The notes under the pieces were generated by a model. The model was not told the DNA's origin. It did not search any database and saw only the letters and a program-made list of their open reading frames with translations. The position numbers and the translations under genes are program-made. From sequence record PQ400057.1: a DNA stretch of 32,592 nt; one strand, given 5' to 3'. This stretch comes from a phage. This document shows, piece by piece, positions 19,506-30,507 of this stretch (position 1 is the stretch's first letter; each line of letters starts with the position of its first letter).

Positions 19506-20395
19506 AGGTAAATCTCCTTGTCAATAAAGTTGTACTCGTTGAACCGGAGGATGCGAGCCATCTGGCCCTGCTTGATAATATCCTCTTCAGTCATACCAGC
19601 CTTAGCACCAATGGACTTAATGCAGTCCCAAAGCGTCTCATGAGGCTCAGGGTCGCGTTTAACCCATTTAGTGACCTCTTGGCCTTTGTTCTTGCCAGAC
19701 TTAAGCACAGACGTTTTAGGCTCGGTTATGAACGGGTTATTCAAGAAGTCCTCGGCAGTGTCTCCCCACCCAGCAATCCCTGAGTAACCATCGGTGATGT
19801 CACCTTTGATTGTCTGGAAGAGGTGCCACCAGTCAGCGGACTCTTCTGTCTGAGTAAGGATGTTACCAGTGGTACACCACAGGAAGTCACAGTTAGGTAT
19901 GGTCTTAAAGTCCTTATCGCACGAGATGATTACAGCCTTACGAGCACCGAATGCAGACGGATTGGAGGCAATAACTCCCATAACGTCATCACCCTCAAGC
20001 ATAGGCTCACGGATGCAATAGAACTCTTCGCGCTCAAAGAGAGCCTCAAGGAACTCAAAGTAACCTACAGGTTTCTTAGTTGCCTTACGGTTGGCCTTGT
20101 AGTTAGGGTCCACGAGTTCCTTACGCCAGTTCACACTATCGGTGAACGCAAGGACAATCGGAGCGCCTACCCAAGCCTTCTTGCGGGTCTCGTAGGACTT
20201 GATGGAATCCTCAAGAATCTGACGGGCCTTAGCGTGGTCACAGCAGCGGTGCCAAATCTCTTCCTCCCATGAGGCATCAAACTCAGCAGCACTCATTGCT
20301 TGGAAGACCAGCCAGTCACCGTCCATCACGAGGATACCCTTGTCATCACAGCCTTCGCGTAACTCATAAAATTGTTTAAGGTCAAGAAGTGCCAT
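19493..20395 (-). CDS. 6: 5'-3' exonuclease
   Basis: The 300-aa ORF MALLDLKQFYELREGCDDKGILVMDGDWLVFQAM... matches T7 gp6. Confidence 0.95.
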   Translation of the reverse strand: MALLDLKQFYELREGCDDKGILVMDGDWLVFQAMSAAEFDASWEEEIWHRCCDHAKARQILEDSIKSYETRKKAWVGAPIVLAFTDSVNWRKELVDPNYKANRKATKKPVGYFEFLEALFEREEFYCIREPMLEGDDVMGVIASNPSAFGARKAVIISCDKDFKTIPNCDFLWCTTGNILTQTEESADWWHLFQTIKGDITDGYSGIAGWGDTAEDFLNNPFITEPKTSVLKSGKNKGQEVTKWVKRDPEPHETLWDCIKSIGAKAGMTEEDIIKQGQMARILRFNEYNFIDKEIYLWRP

Positions 20396-20540
20396 TAAGT
20401 TTCTCCTCTAGCTCAGCCACGTATTCGTCAGCCTCCATCAGTTGATTCTTAAGGCTATCGTTCTCACGTTCCAGAGAGTCGATGTAGCCCTGCATATCGT
20501 TCCACGCATCGCGAGGAATTGTTACAGTGTCACGCACCAT
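20382..20540 (-). CDS. 5.9: RecBCD inhibitor 5.9
   Basis: The internal ATG at 20540 gives MVRDTVTIPRDAWNDMQGYIDSLERENDSLKNQLMEADEYVAELEEKLNGTS (52 aa), matching T7 gp5.9. The track ORF starts at an upstream TTG. Confidence 0.8.
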   Translation of the reverse strand: MVRDTVTIPRDAWNDMQGYIDSLERENDSLKNQLMEADEYVAELEEKLNGTS

Positions 20541-20749
20541 CAGACACACCCTCCCATACGTTTCAGAAAGCGAGTACCAGAAGCCGTGATTTCCCAAGCG
20601 CCACCATTACGTCCACTCGTAGTCAGACACGAGATGTGACCACGGGATGCGGCCTCAGCTACGAGGCTCGCGTTGTTACGTACATAGTTTGACTGGAAAG
20701 TCTTAGGGCAACTTTTGATTGCTTGCAGCACTTTCAGGTAGTCAGACAT
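20540..20749 (-). CDS. 5.7: gene 5.7 protein
   Basis: The 69-aa ORF MSDYLKVLQAIKSCPKTFQSNYVRNNASLVAEAAS... matches T7 gp5.7. Confidence 0.85.
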   Translation of the reverse strand: MSDYLKVLQAIKSCPKTFQSNYVRNNASLVAEAASRGHISCLTTSGRNGGAWEITASGTRFLKRMGGCV

Positions 20750-21048
20750 CAGAACACCTCCCGTACTGTTGCAGGAGATAGCTTGAAGGAGTCCTTATCT
20801 GAATACTCTTCGTGCATGTCCTTGATTGCCTCACGGAATGCTGTACGTACTACGAATGTCATCAAGCCTTCCATACCGTATGTCAGGAACTGGACAATCA
20901 TTTCCTTCTGTTTACCATTGGGGACAATTGCACCAGAGCCTACCTGCTTACACAGGTGCAGCATGTCTTTCTCTAAGATTGCCTGAACGTCAGACGACAT
21001 CTTGGCGGTAACGTCGAAGGACACTTTAAATTTCTTTGTCATAGCCAT
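20749..21048 (-). CDS. 5.5: gene 5.5 protein (H-NS binding in T7)
   Basis: The internal ATG at 21048 gives MAMTKKFKVSFDVTAKMSSDVQAILEKDMLHLCKQ... (99 aa), matching T7 gp5.5. GGAG is upstream. Confidence 0.85.
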   Translation of the reverse strand: MAMTKKFKVSFDVTAKMSSDVQAILEKDMLHLCKQVGSGAIVPNGKQKEMIVQFLTYGMEGLMTFVVRTAFREAIKDMHEEYSDKDSFKLSPATVREVF

Positions 21049-21067
21049 AATAATTTCTCCTATAGAA

Positions 21068-23182
21068 TTAGTGACATACAGCCCAATTAGGACCCATCTT
21101 ACCTTCGGTATCCAGAAGGCAACGGAAGTTCCAGTGGTCTCCAACCCAGCGCATTGCTTCTTGTGCTGTCTCAATGACAACCTGAGCAATCTCTTCGGTA
21201 CGGCAACCTACTTGTATTTCGTCATGTACCCATGCCATGTACGCAAAGTCCCCATCCCAGCCGTGCTTCAAGCCTTTCGCTACGAGCATCTCTTCGGTCT
21301 TGATAATCCAAAGTTTGCAGATGAGAGCACCAGCAGATTGCAGTAGGGTATTCAGGGCAGCGTGAGGACTACGAACGTGTACCTTACGACCATCCAGACC
21401 TTTAATCCAGCGGCGTTTCCACTTGACTTGTTGCTCACCAGCTACCCACTGAGAGGACTCGACAAGTGTCTGTTGGATAGACTCGCGGAGTGCTGCAATC
21501 GCAGGGGTGTTCTCAAGGAATTTCTTCTTGAGTTCCTTACCGCGCTCTTTACCAGCACCAACAATCTGTCCAATCTTCTCATCACCAGCACCATAAAGGA
21601 ACCCATAGATGAACGTCTTGGCGTTATCGCGGGTAGGCAATTCGGCAGCCATCTGGTTCTTAGTATGGATGTCACCGTTAAGAATCTCGTGGGCGTACTC
21701 ACCGTTATCAAAGCGAGCCATAAAGTGGGCTAAGCAGCGTAGCTCCAGACCGGATGCGTCGATGCCAGCCTGAACCCAAGGCTTACCAGTTAATCCATCC
21801 AAATGATGCTCAGCGCCAAAAGCAGCACGACACTGCTCCCCATAAGGAGAACGGACACCGGGTACCTGTGCTAGGTTAGGGAAAGCGTGAGTAGCGCGCC
21901 CAGTAACAGCGCCGTTGGGATTAACAGAACCATGAATCTTACCGTCCTCAGCAACGTAACGAAGCCATGCCTTGTCTCCCTCAGCAGCCTGTCCTATTCG
22001 CTTCTGAATCATCAAGTATTCTTTAATGAGGTCGATGGCAGCTTGCTTCTCAGGGTCATCTACACGTACTCCTTCGAGTACCTCATCGTCCACCACAGGT
22101 GCACCCTTATCGGTGTGCTTGGTCGGGACCCATCCAGCCTCTTGGAGTTTCTTCTGAATGTGGTCACGAGACGATGGGTTAAACACCACGTGCTCAACTG
22201 GGGTGTAAGGAGCACCAGCAACGTACTCTCGGGTATCCAGTTCGCAAGGCTCACGGCCTTCTCGCTGTGCCTTGTTCTTAGGCTTCTTAAAGATACCACC
22301 AACTTTAGGTGTCTTAATGCGAGGGTATTTAGGCAGTGGCTTGCCGGTCCTCGGATGGCAGAACATTTCGGTGCCACCTTTAGGTTGATACCATGAGCCG
22401 AACGTTTCTGTCAGCTTACGGAGCAACTCAGAGCGACGGGCAGCTAACTCTACGTACAACTCCTCGATTGCCTTAGCGTCAAATGGGAAACCATTACGCT
22501 CCTGTTTAGCCAACAACCAAGCTGCTCTATGTTCAACATCAACAGCTTCGATAGAGTCTTTCCAAAAGATTATAGCATCATAATTAACGTGCTCTAAACC
22601 TAAAGGGAAATAGTGTTTGTCAGAGAGTAGCTTCTCAAGGAGAGCCTTAGTGACCACAACGTCCTGAACGTTATAGGCCATCATCTCTTCGTTGAAGTTC
22701 CACCACTCCATTCCGTCAACGTATTCTTCACCCTGCTCTTCAAGCATACGCTTAAAGTCATCCTTGTATTCACCTTTCATTTCACCTAAGCGATAACCCC
22801 ACGCCTCCAGAGCGTGAGACCCAAAGCGTTTCCCCGGCAACTTACCTGAACGCAGAAGACCCATATCGGTGTCTTTCAGGTTGGAATGAATCAAGCGTGA
22901 CAGCACAAGGGTGTCAATACAGTTCTCACGAGGAAGGTGGAACTCTCGGTTCAATTGTAACTTTGCCAGTTTGGTCAATGCAGGAACGTCATACTTGTGA
23001 CCGTTGTGGAACACAATAAGACCGCCTCGTGCAACCTCGGCTTCCAGCGCATCCAGATACGCACCGAAGTCACTCGGACGGTAGCTTACGTACTCAGCGG
23101 TGGAGTAGTCGTAGATAACCCCGCAGTGGAACTTAGTGACGCTCTCTAAGAGGGCGTTAGCTTCGATGTCAGAAACGATCAT
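21068..23182 (-). CDS. 5: DNA polymerase (family A)
   Basis: The 704-aa ORF MIVSDIEANALLESVTKFHCGVIYDYSTAEYVSYRPSDF... matches T7 gp5. Confidence 0.95.
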   Translation of the reverse strand: MIVSDIEANALLESVTKFHCGVIYDYSTAEYVSYRPSDFGAYLDALEAEVARGGLIVFHNGHKYDVPALTKLAKLQLNREFHLPRENCIDTLVLSRLIHSNLKDTDMGLLRSGKLPGKRFGSHALEAWGYRLGEMKGEYKDDFKRMLEEQGEEYVDGMEWWNFNEEMMAYNVQDVVVTKALLEKLLSDKHYFPLGLEHVNYDAIIFWKDSIEAVDVEHRAAWLLAKQERNGFPFDAKAIEELYVELAARRSELLRKLTETFGSWYQPKGGTEMFCHPRTGKPLPKYPRIKTPKVGGIFKKPKNKAQREGREPCELDTREYVAGAPYTPVEHVVFNPSSRDHIQKKLQEAGWVPTKHTDKGAPVVDDEVLEGVRVDDPEKQAAIDLIKEYLMIQKRIGQAAEGDKAWLRYVAEDGKIHGSVNPNGAVTGRATHAFPNLAQVPGVRSPYGEQCRAAFGAEHHLDGLTGKPWVQAGIDASGLELRCLAHFMARFDNGEYAHEILNGDIHTKNQMAAELPTRDNAKTFIYGFLYGAGDEKIGQIVGAGKERGKELKKKFLENTPAIAALRESIQQTLVESSQWVAGEQQVKWKRRWIKGLDGRKVHVRSPHAALNTLLQSAGALICKLWIIKTEEMLVAKGLKHGWDGDFAYMAWVHDEIQVGCRTEEIAQVVIETAQEAMRWVGDHWNFRCLLDTEGKMGPNWAVCH

Positions 23183-23200
23183 ATTGATTTCTCCTGTTGA

Positions 23201-23608
23201 TTATTGTAACTTAACAATCTCTGCATATGAGACAACTGTCAAGAAACCTGTGTGAATCATATCGGTCTTATAGGCAACGATTGCACCTTGCGGGTTAACA
23301 CCGTTGATGTATGACACTTGTGCAAATTTGCCACTCACTGAGCGTACATAGCCATAGCCACCACAGACTCCAGTGTCAACCTTGACCCAATCTCCAGCCT
23401 TGATGTGGGTCATAGTGTCCTTATCGAACACCTTATGACTCAGCTTGGTAACTTCTGGTTTCTTCCAGCCAGTCTGTCTTGTCCAAGTCCAGCCTAAGTT
23501 CTTCAAGATATGAACAGCGGAGCGAGTCTTAGCTTCATGGTACTTAACGTCCTCAAGTTCAGCTTCCAGCTTAGCGATTTCTGCTTGGATAACTTTAGGG
23601 TCACGCAT
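23201..23608 (-). CDS. 4.7: gene 4.7 protein
   Basis: The internal ATG at 23608 gives MRDPKVIQAEIAKLEAELEDVKYHEAKTRSAVHIL... (135 aa), matching T7 gp4.7. Confidence 0.8.
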   Translation of the reverse strand: MRDPKVIQAEIAKLEAELEDVKYHEAKTRSAVHILKNLGWTWTRQTGWKKPEVTKLSHKVFDKDTMTHIKAGDWVKVDTGVCGGYGYVRSVSGKFAQVSYINGVNPQGAIVAYKTDMIHTGFLTVVSYAEIVKLQ

Positions 23609-23613
23609 GATAA

Positions 23614-23637
23614 TATCTCCTATAGTGAGTCGAATAG
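23614..23637 (-). promoter_or_regulatory. phage RNAP promoter phi4.7-like (class II variant)
   Basis: The reverse complement is CTATTCGACTCACTATAGGAGATA, with the core GACTCACTATAGGAGA and weaker upstream positions. It is immediately 5' of gene 4.7. Confidence 0.6.
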
Positions 23638-23681
23638 TATTCATGAAGGCCACCACTTTGGCGACCTTGGGTATACCACTC

Positions 23682-23951
23682 TTAGCTATCAATCTTGTCG
23701 AGGATAACCATAGCTTCATCTACGCGACCAGCTTCATGGATTGCTGTCACGGCAGCTTTGGTAAGCGCATTGACCAGACGCAGTGCTTGCTCATCTGTCA
23801 ACGTCATACGCTGAGTGTGATTCTTAGAGGACTTAGAGTCCTTCCAGCGGTAAACCATAGTCGCCTTACCGTTGCGAACGTTGATGTGGACTCGACGGTT
23901 CCACTGGTCAGCGGTATCGGATAGACGGATAGTTTCAGCTACGTTTGACAT
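23682..23951 (-). CDS. 4.5: gene 4.5 protein
   Basis: The 89-aa ORF MSNVAETIRLSDTADQWNRRVHINVRNGKATMVYRWKD... matches T7 gp4.5. Confidence 0.85.
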   Translation of the reverse strand: MSNVAETIRLSDTADQWNRRVHINVRNGKATMVYRWKDSKSSKNHTQRMTLTDEQALRLVNALTKAAVTAIHEAGRVDEAMVILDKIDS

Positions 23952-23971
23952 AATGGGTTTCTCCTGTTTGA

Positions 23972-24184
23972 TTACTCAAATAATTTGGAAAGCTGTTGAG
24001 CTTGGTTTGCTACGCGGGCAGCTTCTGTAACTTTATTGGATGCACTGTCAGCCAGTTCGTTGGAGCGAATCGCTAGTGCGCGTGACTGTGTGGCCTCTTT
24101 ACGAGCCTCATCGTTCAGCCGCTTGGCTTCCACGTTATACATACGAACCAGTAGTTGGCCTAATTTCTTAATCAGTTTGAACAT
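23972..24184 (-). CDS. 4.3: gene 4.3 protein
   Basis: The 70-aa ORF MFKLIKKLGQLLVRMYNVEAKRLNDEARKEATQSRALAIR... matches T7 gp4.3. Confidence 0.85.
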   Translation of the reverse strand: MFKLIKKLGQLLVRMYNVEAKRLNDEARKEATQSRALAIRSNELADSASNKVTEAARVANQAQQLSKLFE

Positions 24185-24188
24185 GGGT

Positions 24189-24211
24189 GTCTCCTTTAGT
24201 GAGTCGTATTG
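24189..24211 (-). promoter_or_regulatory. phage RNAP promoter phi4.3 (class II)
   Basis: The reverse complement is CAATACGACTCACTAAAGGAGAC, directly upstream of gene 4.3. Confidence 0.75.
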
Positions 24212-24229
24212 AAATCGTCAAGAATCCTG

Positions 24230-25936
<1,707 letters not shown>

Positions 25937-25998
25937 TCAAGTTAGACATGGCCTCTATAGCTTCCTCCTTGTGTTGAAAGAAAGGGAAACCGTTGTGG

Positions 25999-26021
25999 TC
26001 TCCCTTTAGTGAGTTCAATTA
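25999..26021 (-). promoter_or_regulatory. phage RNAP promoter phi3.8-type (class II) with the same GGGAGACCACAACGGTTTCCC leader as phi10
   Basis: The reverse complement is TAATTGAACTCACTAAAGGGAGACCACAACGGTTTCCC, lying between gene 3.5 and gene 4. No gene 3.8 follows it here. Confidence 0.75.
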
Positions 26022-26022
26022 A

Positions 26023-26478
26023 TTATCCACGGTCAGAAGTGACCAGTTCGTTCTTCTCCCACCAACGCTTAAGGTCGAACGATGGGCAAGCCTTAGGTGC
26101 CACATCGTGATGTGCGCGAAGAACAGCGCCTTCGTACTTAGCCAGAAGTGTGACAAGCAGTGAGCGGAGGGATTGCATTTGGGCTGGCGTAAAGTTAGCG
26201 TCGAACTTGCCTTTATCGTCGATACCGCCTACAAGGCAGACACCAATAGAGTTGTGGTTGTAACCCTTAGCGTGAGAGCCTACAGCCATCTCATCTCGGC
26301 CTTCCTCCACAGTACCATCGCGCTTGATGATAAAGTGATATCCCACATCGAGCCAACCTTGCTCTTTGTGCCACTGGCGAATCTCACGGACACCAACATT
26401 CTGACTCGGCTTGGTAGCAGAGCAGTGAACAAAGATTGCGTCGGTAGATTCACGTTGTTTAAACTGTACACGAGCCAT
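26023..26478 (-). CDS. 3.5: lysozyme (N-acetylmuramoyl-L-alanine amidase; in T7 also an inhibitor of the phage RNAP)
   Basis: The 151-aa ORF MARVQFKQRESTDAIFVHCSATKPSQNVGVREIRQWHKEQGW... matches T7 gp3.5. Confidence 0.95.
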   Translation of the reverse strand: MARVQFKQRESTDAIFVHCSATKPSQNVGVREIRQWHKEQGWLDVGYHFIIKRDGTVEEGRDEMAVGSHAKGYNHNSIGVCLVGGIDDKGKFDANFTPAQMQSLRSLLVTLLAKYEGAVLRAHHDVAPKACPSFDLKRWWEKNELVTSDRG

Positions 26479-26933
26479 TATTTCTTTCCTCCCTTCGATT
26501 GTTTCAGCTTGTCAAATGGCACCTCCTTTTTGGGTTCTTTGAGCCATTCTACAGGAATTAATTTGTCAGCAAACAGAATACCATGCTTCTCACACCATTC
26601 ACCGTAACTGGTCGGAGACCCTTTGTACAGCTTGGTGCGCGAGCTTGAGAACACCAGTCGGATGTCCAGTTCAGGAAACTGTTCGCGAATCAATAAGTGT
26701 TTCTTTCGGTCGTCACTCTCCCATAAACCTTTGGTTTCAATAAAGATTCCGTTAGGCAGCAGGAAGTCTGGAGTATACACATGGTTGCTCGCAGGGACAA
26801 CGTAAGGGATTTTCCACAGTTCATAGTCGAACTTAATTCCCTTACCCTCTAGCTGCTTAGAGACCTTATCTTCTAGGCCGGAACGGAATGTCCCGACCTT
26901 TCTGATACCACGCGCAGCGTATGCGCCAGCCAC
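26478..26933 (-). CDS. 3: endonuclease I (Holliday junction resolvase)
   Basis: The 151-aa ORF MAGAYAARGIRKVGTFRSGLEDKVSKQLEGKGIKFDYE... matches T7 gp3. It overlaps 3.5 by TAATG. Confidence 0.95.
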   Translation of the reverse strand: MAGAYAARGIRKVGTFRSGLEDKVSKQLEGKGIKFDYELWKIPYVVPASNHVYTPDFLLPNGIFIETKGLWESDDRKKHLLIREQFPELDIRLVFSSSRTKLYKGSPTSYGEWCEKHGILFADKLIPVEWLKEPKKEVPFDKLKQSKGGKK

Positions 26934-27632
26934 TTAGAAGTCTCCGTCTGAGTCTTCTTCGTAAGAGCCTTCGTCGTCTTCGTCCCAGCTTTCTTCGTCG
27001 CGTGGTTTGCTCGCTTTGGCAGAACCAGAGGCAACATAGCCGTTCTCTTCAACTTCGTCAGCCCAATCGTCTTCACCACCACCAAAGGTAGCCAGTTCGA
27101 CCAGCATTACGGATTCCAGTTGCAGCTTAACGCTCGCACCTACAGCAGTGTTCCACTTGTACGGAACCAGAGAGTATTTGACTTTCAGTTTAGAGCCACC
27201 ACCGATAATCGGAACGTCTTCCATCTTCTTACCTTTGGAGTCAACCACAACAAGATTGATGTGCTTGGTCTCTTTGGTCTTCTTGTCTTGGAAAGACGCG
27301 TAGCATTTGAACTTAAAGGTAGTCGTACCGTCACCGTTATCGAAGAACGGCATGTCACCTTCATACGGTTTCAGCGGTTTCTTACCACGAGCTACCGCAG
27401 GCGGGTTCGCTTCGTATTCCTCAACGGCAGCAGCATAAGCCTCTTCGTGACACTTCACGATTTCATCGACCATGCGTTGGCAGCGCGGGTCTTTGTTGGG
27501 AATAGTCAGGTCAACTTTGTAGACACCGCGAGGGTTCCCAAAGCCACGCTCTTCGTTACCGTAGTCAGGCTTAGAGATGTAAGCGTAAGGTTCAGCAGTG
27601 CCCAGCGCAGAGGTGAAAATCTTCTTAGCCAT
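26934..27632 (-). CDS. 2.5: single-stranded DNA-binding protein
   Basis: The internal ATG at 27632 gives MAKKIFTSALGTAEPYAYISKPDYGNEERGFGNPRG..., with an acidic C-terminal tail ending DGDF, matching T7 gp2.5 (232 aa). Confidence 0.95.
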   Translation of the reverse strand: MAKKIFTSALGTAEPYAYISKPDYGNEERGFGNPRGVYKVDLTIPNKDPRCQRMVDEIVKCHEEAYAAAVEEYEANPPAVARGKKPLKPYEGDMPFFDNGDGTTTFKFKCYASFQDKKTKETKHINLVVVDSKGKKMEDVPIIGGGSKLKVKYSLVPYKWNTAVGASVKLQLESVMLVELATFGGGEDDWADEVEENGYVASGSAKASKPRDEESWDEDDEGSYEEDSDGDF

Positions 27633-27677
27633 AATATTAATCTCCTTTAGGTTTCGTTTGTTTCTCAAAGGGAGTCT

Positions 27678-27697
27678 TCTCCCAATAGTGAGTCGTA

Positions 27698-27700
<3 letters not shown>
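27678..27700 (-). promoter_or_regulatory. phage RNAP promoter phi2.5
   Basis: The reverse complement is TAATACGACTCACTATTGGGAGA (-1 is T instead of A), overlapping the end of gene 2 and upstream of gene 2.5. Confidence 0.8.
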
Positions 27701-28005
<305 letters not shown>

Positions 28006-28016
<11 letters not shown>

Positions 28017-28545
28017 AGCACTTATCCTTATGTTTCTCATACAGTTCACCATAGAATCCAGCTTTCGCCATGTCTTTCTCTAAGTAAGCCAGTTCTGACT
28101 TCTTACCAGCGCGTAGGCGGTACTTAAGGATGTTCCCTAAGCAATATCCTTTGAACTGCTCACGAGTCATTGAACGGGCAATCACTTCGATAGCCTCAAT
28201 GTCGTCGAACAGCATGTAATGGGAAGGCTTAGTGACACCTTCAATTGACTCAGCGGAAGGCTGGTCATCTGTCGGAGTTACCTCAAGTTTATTCAGATGA
28301 GGCTTACGCGGGTCCATCGCTCGGATTTCACCTAAGGTTATCTTTTGATCATTGTTTGCGGGGCAGAGGTGGCAAGGGACATTTGAGCAGAGCATCCCGC
28401 AGCCATTCAAATCATCCGGGCGACCATCGTTATTGTCTACCAACTTCATGATCATCTCTTGTTCACGTTCGGTCATACTGTTAGCTCCTTTATTACAGGT
28501 GTGTGGATAACGGTCGTCTTTCTCTAAGCAAGCTATGCATCCCAT
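28006..28545 (-). CDS. 1.7: gene 1.7 protein (nucleotide kinase in T7)
   Basis: The 179-aa [53 protein letters not shown]... matches the T7 gp1.7 core. Confidence 0.85.
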
Positions 28546-28805
28546 CAGAACACCTCCTTGATACGTTTGAGTAACAGACGGACGAACGGGAAGCGGGTCA
28601 CTGCCACACTAAGAACCGGACGTTTCTTGTCTATTGCTTTCTCAAAGTCACCACGGGTGATAATGATGTGGACGCTCGGTGCCAGAGGAACTGTGTTACC
28701 AATGAGAGGTAACTTAGCTCGGCGCTCGCTCGCACATACGATTGAACGGTCAGCACGGCGAACCGTGAAATTCTCAAGACTTTTGTTGTAATGAAGTCGA
28801 AACAT
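28545..28805 (-). CDS. 1.6: gene 1.6 protein
   Basis: The 86-aa [43 protein letters not shown]... matches T7 gp1.6. Confidence 0.85.
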   Translation of the reverse strand: MFRLHYNKSLENFTVRRADRSIVCASERRAKLPLIGNTVPLAPSVHIIITRGDFEKAIDKKRPVLSVAVTRFPFVRLLLKRIKEVF

Positions 28806-28810
28806 ATGGT

Positions 28811-28833
28811 GTCTCCTTTAGTGAGTCGTATTA
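28811..28833 (-). promoter_or_regulatory. phage RNAP promoter phi1.6 (class II)
   Basis: The reverse complement is TAATACGACTCACTAAAGGAGAC, immediately upstream of gene 1.6. Confidence 0.8.
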
Positions 28834-28920
28834 GGCGTGACCATCTGGCATATCGTCATCACTACAGTGGAGCGAAAGGCATCCTATGATGACAATGAGT
28901 AATGGCATTAAGTACATCAT
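28831..28920 (-). CDS. 1.5: gene 1.5 protein (29 aa)
   Basis: A small ORF MMYLMPLLIVIIGCLSLHCSDDDMPDGHA, with AAGGAGG 8 nt upstream, sits between phi1.5 and phi1.6. It is not on the ORF track. Confidence 0.55.
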   Translation of the reverse strand: MMYLMPLLIVIIGCLSLHCSDDDMPDGHA

Positions 28921-28926
28921 GATGTG

Positions 28927-28949
28927 TACCTCCTTTAGTGAGTCGTATT
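28927..28949 (-). promoter_or_regulatory. phage RNAP promoter phi1.5 (class II)
   Basis: The reverse complement is TAATACGACTCACTAAAGGAGGTAC; it is the first promoter encountered from the genome left end. Confidence 0.8.
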
Positions 28950-28987
28950 AAACGCAGAAAAGCCCACCCTAAGGTGAGCCAGTGTGT

Positions 28988-30007
28988 TTACATCTTCTCT
29001 TGAGGGTTGTCCTCGGTGCCACGGAAGCAGGTGAAGGAGGGGTGTCTGAGACTCCCATCGTTAGTTACCTCCATAAATCCAATCTGGCAAGCCCAGCCAT
29101 TATAGTAGTCCTCGCCATGTTCTTTAACGTTAGCTGTAAATTCATCCATTAAGGCGCGAGAGATGTTATTGGCATCGACAAGACGACCAGTCTCAAGAAG
29201 CACCTTGAATCCAATTACCTTACCTTCGTTAGCAAGTCCTTCTGTTCCCCAGTTTACACCATTAATGATTCCGTCAGCTTCCTCAAGAGGCTTAAGTTTC
29301 CACCAGCCGGACTTCTTACCGCGCTTGTAGATGCACATCGGGTCTTTCACAATGAGACCCTCATGTCCTTCTTCACGCTTCTTCTCGTACAGTTGCTGTA
29401 GTTCTACCATATCGTAGACCTCGTAAGACTCAGCCGCTTGCCATTCGATTTCAGGGAAGTATTCCTGTAGCAGAGGCAGCATGTTCTTAACGTGTTCCTG
29501 CATGAGCAACGTCATGACATCACAGTCTTCCCCAGACTCCACGATGTGCAGAGGGAGGATAGCGTACAGTCGGACACTCAGATGTTTGGTATCCAACGCG
29601 AACTCAACCTTGGACCCCTTGAGTGGTGGTACACCGCCAACGTCGAACTCAAAGTTATTCTTGTTGAGCCACTTGGTACGCAGTAGGCCGGACCCTGTGT
29701 TAAAGTCTACGCCCTTGACCATTAGTTCCCCATCGAGCATAAAGCCATCCTTGTAGAAACAACGGTCATCGTTAAGCAGACGCTTCCAGCGAACATCAAA
29801 CCCGTTTAAGTGCTCCAGTGCCGGAATCGTTTTAGATACACGAGAGAGCCAGCAACTGTTAGCTGTATTGTCTACGCAGATGTTACCGCGCACACCATCG
29901 TACTTAATGTCAGCGATAAGATACCCAGCGTTATCCAGAGCTTTCTTAATGGCAGACTCTACGAAAGATACTGCCTTGTATGGTGAAGTCTTAAAGTTAA
30001 TAATCAT
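28988..30007 (-). CDS. 1.3: ATP-dependent DNA ligase
   Basis: The 339-aa ORF MIINFKTSPYKAVSFVESAIKKALDNAGYLIADIKYDGVRG... has the ligase KxDG adenylation motif and matches T7 gp1.3. GAGG is 8 nt upstream of the ATG. Confidence 0.95.
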   Translation of the reverse strand: MIINFKTSPYKAVSFVESAIKKALDNAGYLIADIKYDGVRGNICVDNTANSCWLSRVSKTIPALEHLNGFDVRWKRLLNDDRCFYKDGFMLDGELMVKGVDFNTGSGLLRTKWLNKNNFEFDVGGVPPLKGSKVEFALDTKHLSVRLYAILPLHIVESGEDCDVMTLLMQEHVKNMLPLLQEYFPEIEWQAAESYEVYDMVELQQLYEKKREEGHEGLIVKDPMCIYKRGKKSGWWKLKPLEEADGIINGVNWGTEGLANEGKVIGFKVLLETGRLVDANNISRALMDEFTANVKEHGEDYYNGWACQIGFMEVTNDGSLRHPSFTCFRGTEDNPQEKM

Positions 30008-30408
30008 ATGTATTTCCTCAGTTTGCCATTTCGTATGTAGTGTATTGTTGAAGCAGCCACATTAAGTGCCCTTGCTAGCTCCCTGCCGGAGCGAGGGTCC
30101 GTCCGTATCATATCGACCTGCTCATTAGTTATCTTTCTAGCACCACGGCCTTTGATAGCCATGTCTCTAAGGTTGTCTGCCTGTGTGCCCTTGGTTAGAT
30201 GTGCAGGATTTACACACCACCTATTGTCACAGGAGTGTAGGACTATATCGCTCTTATTCAACTCACCGTTGAACAGAATGTACGAAGCCCTATGGGCATA
30301 TATAGGCTTACCATGCAGGCGGAACCGTCCGTAACCATTGGGCTGGATACTACCAATCCAACGGGACAAGAAGAGACACCAAAAGGTAAACCCAAGGGTC
30401 AACCCCAA
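30004..30408 (-). CDS. HNH (His-Me finger, HNH_3-like) endonuclease ORF; no canonical start, open frame runs into the terminal repeat, possibly 5'-truncated or a pseudogene
   Basis: The translation ...NGYGRFRLHGKPIYAHRASYILFNGELNKSDIVLHSCDNRWCVNPAHLTKGTQADNLRDMAIKG contains the GYGRF...AHR...HxCDN..C.NP.HL core. The first in-frame ATG is downstream of the catalytic motif; the track start is a TTG inside the repeat with no SD. The stop overlaps the ligase ATG (ATGA). Confidence 0.55.
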   Translation of the reverse strand: MGLTLGFTFWCLFLSRWIGSIQPNGYGRFRLHGKPIYAHRASYILFNGELNKSDIVLHSCDNRWCVNPAHLTKGTQADNLRDMAIKGRGARKITNEQVDMIRTDPRSGRELARALNVAASTIHYIRNGKLRKYI

Positions 30409-30507
30409 CCCTTAGGGACCCTCAAAGTCAACTGAAAGTTGACTCAAGGTGATTGGCTGGACTTTAGGGACCCCTATGGGGGAACTTTAGGTCCGTAAAC
30501 TGTGAGA
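30361..30507. repeat. terminal repeat homolog (single copy in this circular-style window); concatemer junction at about 30507/30508
   Basis: The reverse complement starts TCTCACAGTTTACGGACCTAAAGTTCCCCCATAGGGG...GTCAACTTTCAGTTGAC...GGGTTGGGGTTGACCCTTGGGTTT..., colinear with the 160-bp T7 terminal repeat (TCTCACAGTGTACGGACCTAAAG...), and is preceded by ...AAAATCTGAGTGACTA as at the T7 right end. The inner boundary is approximate. Confidence 0.7.
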
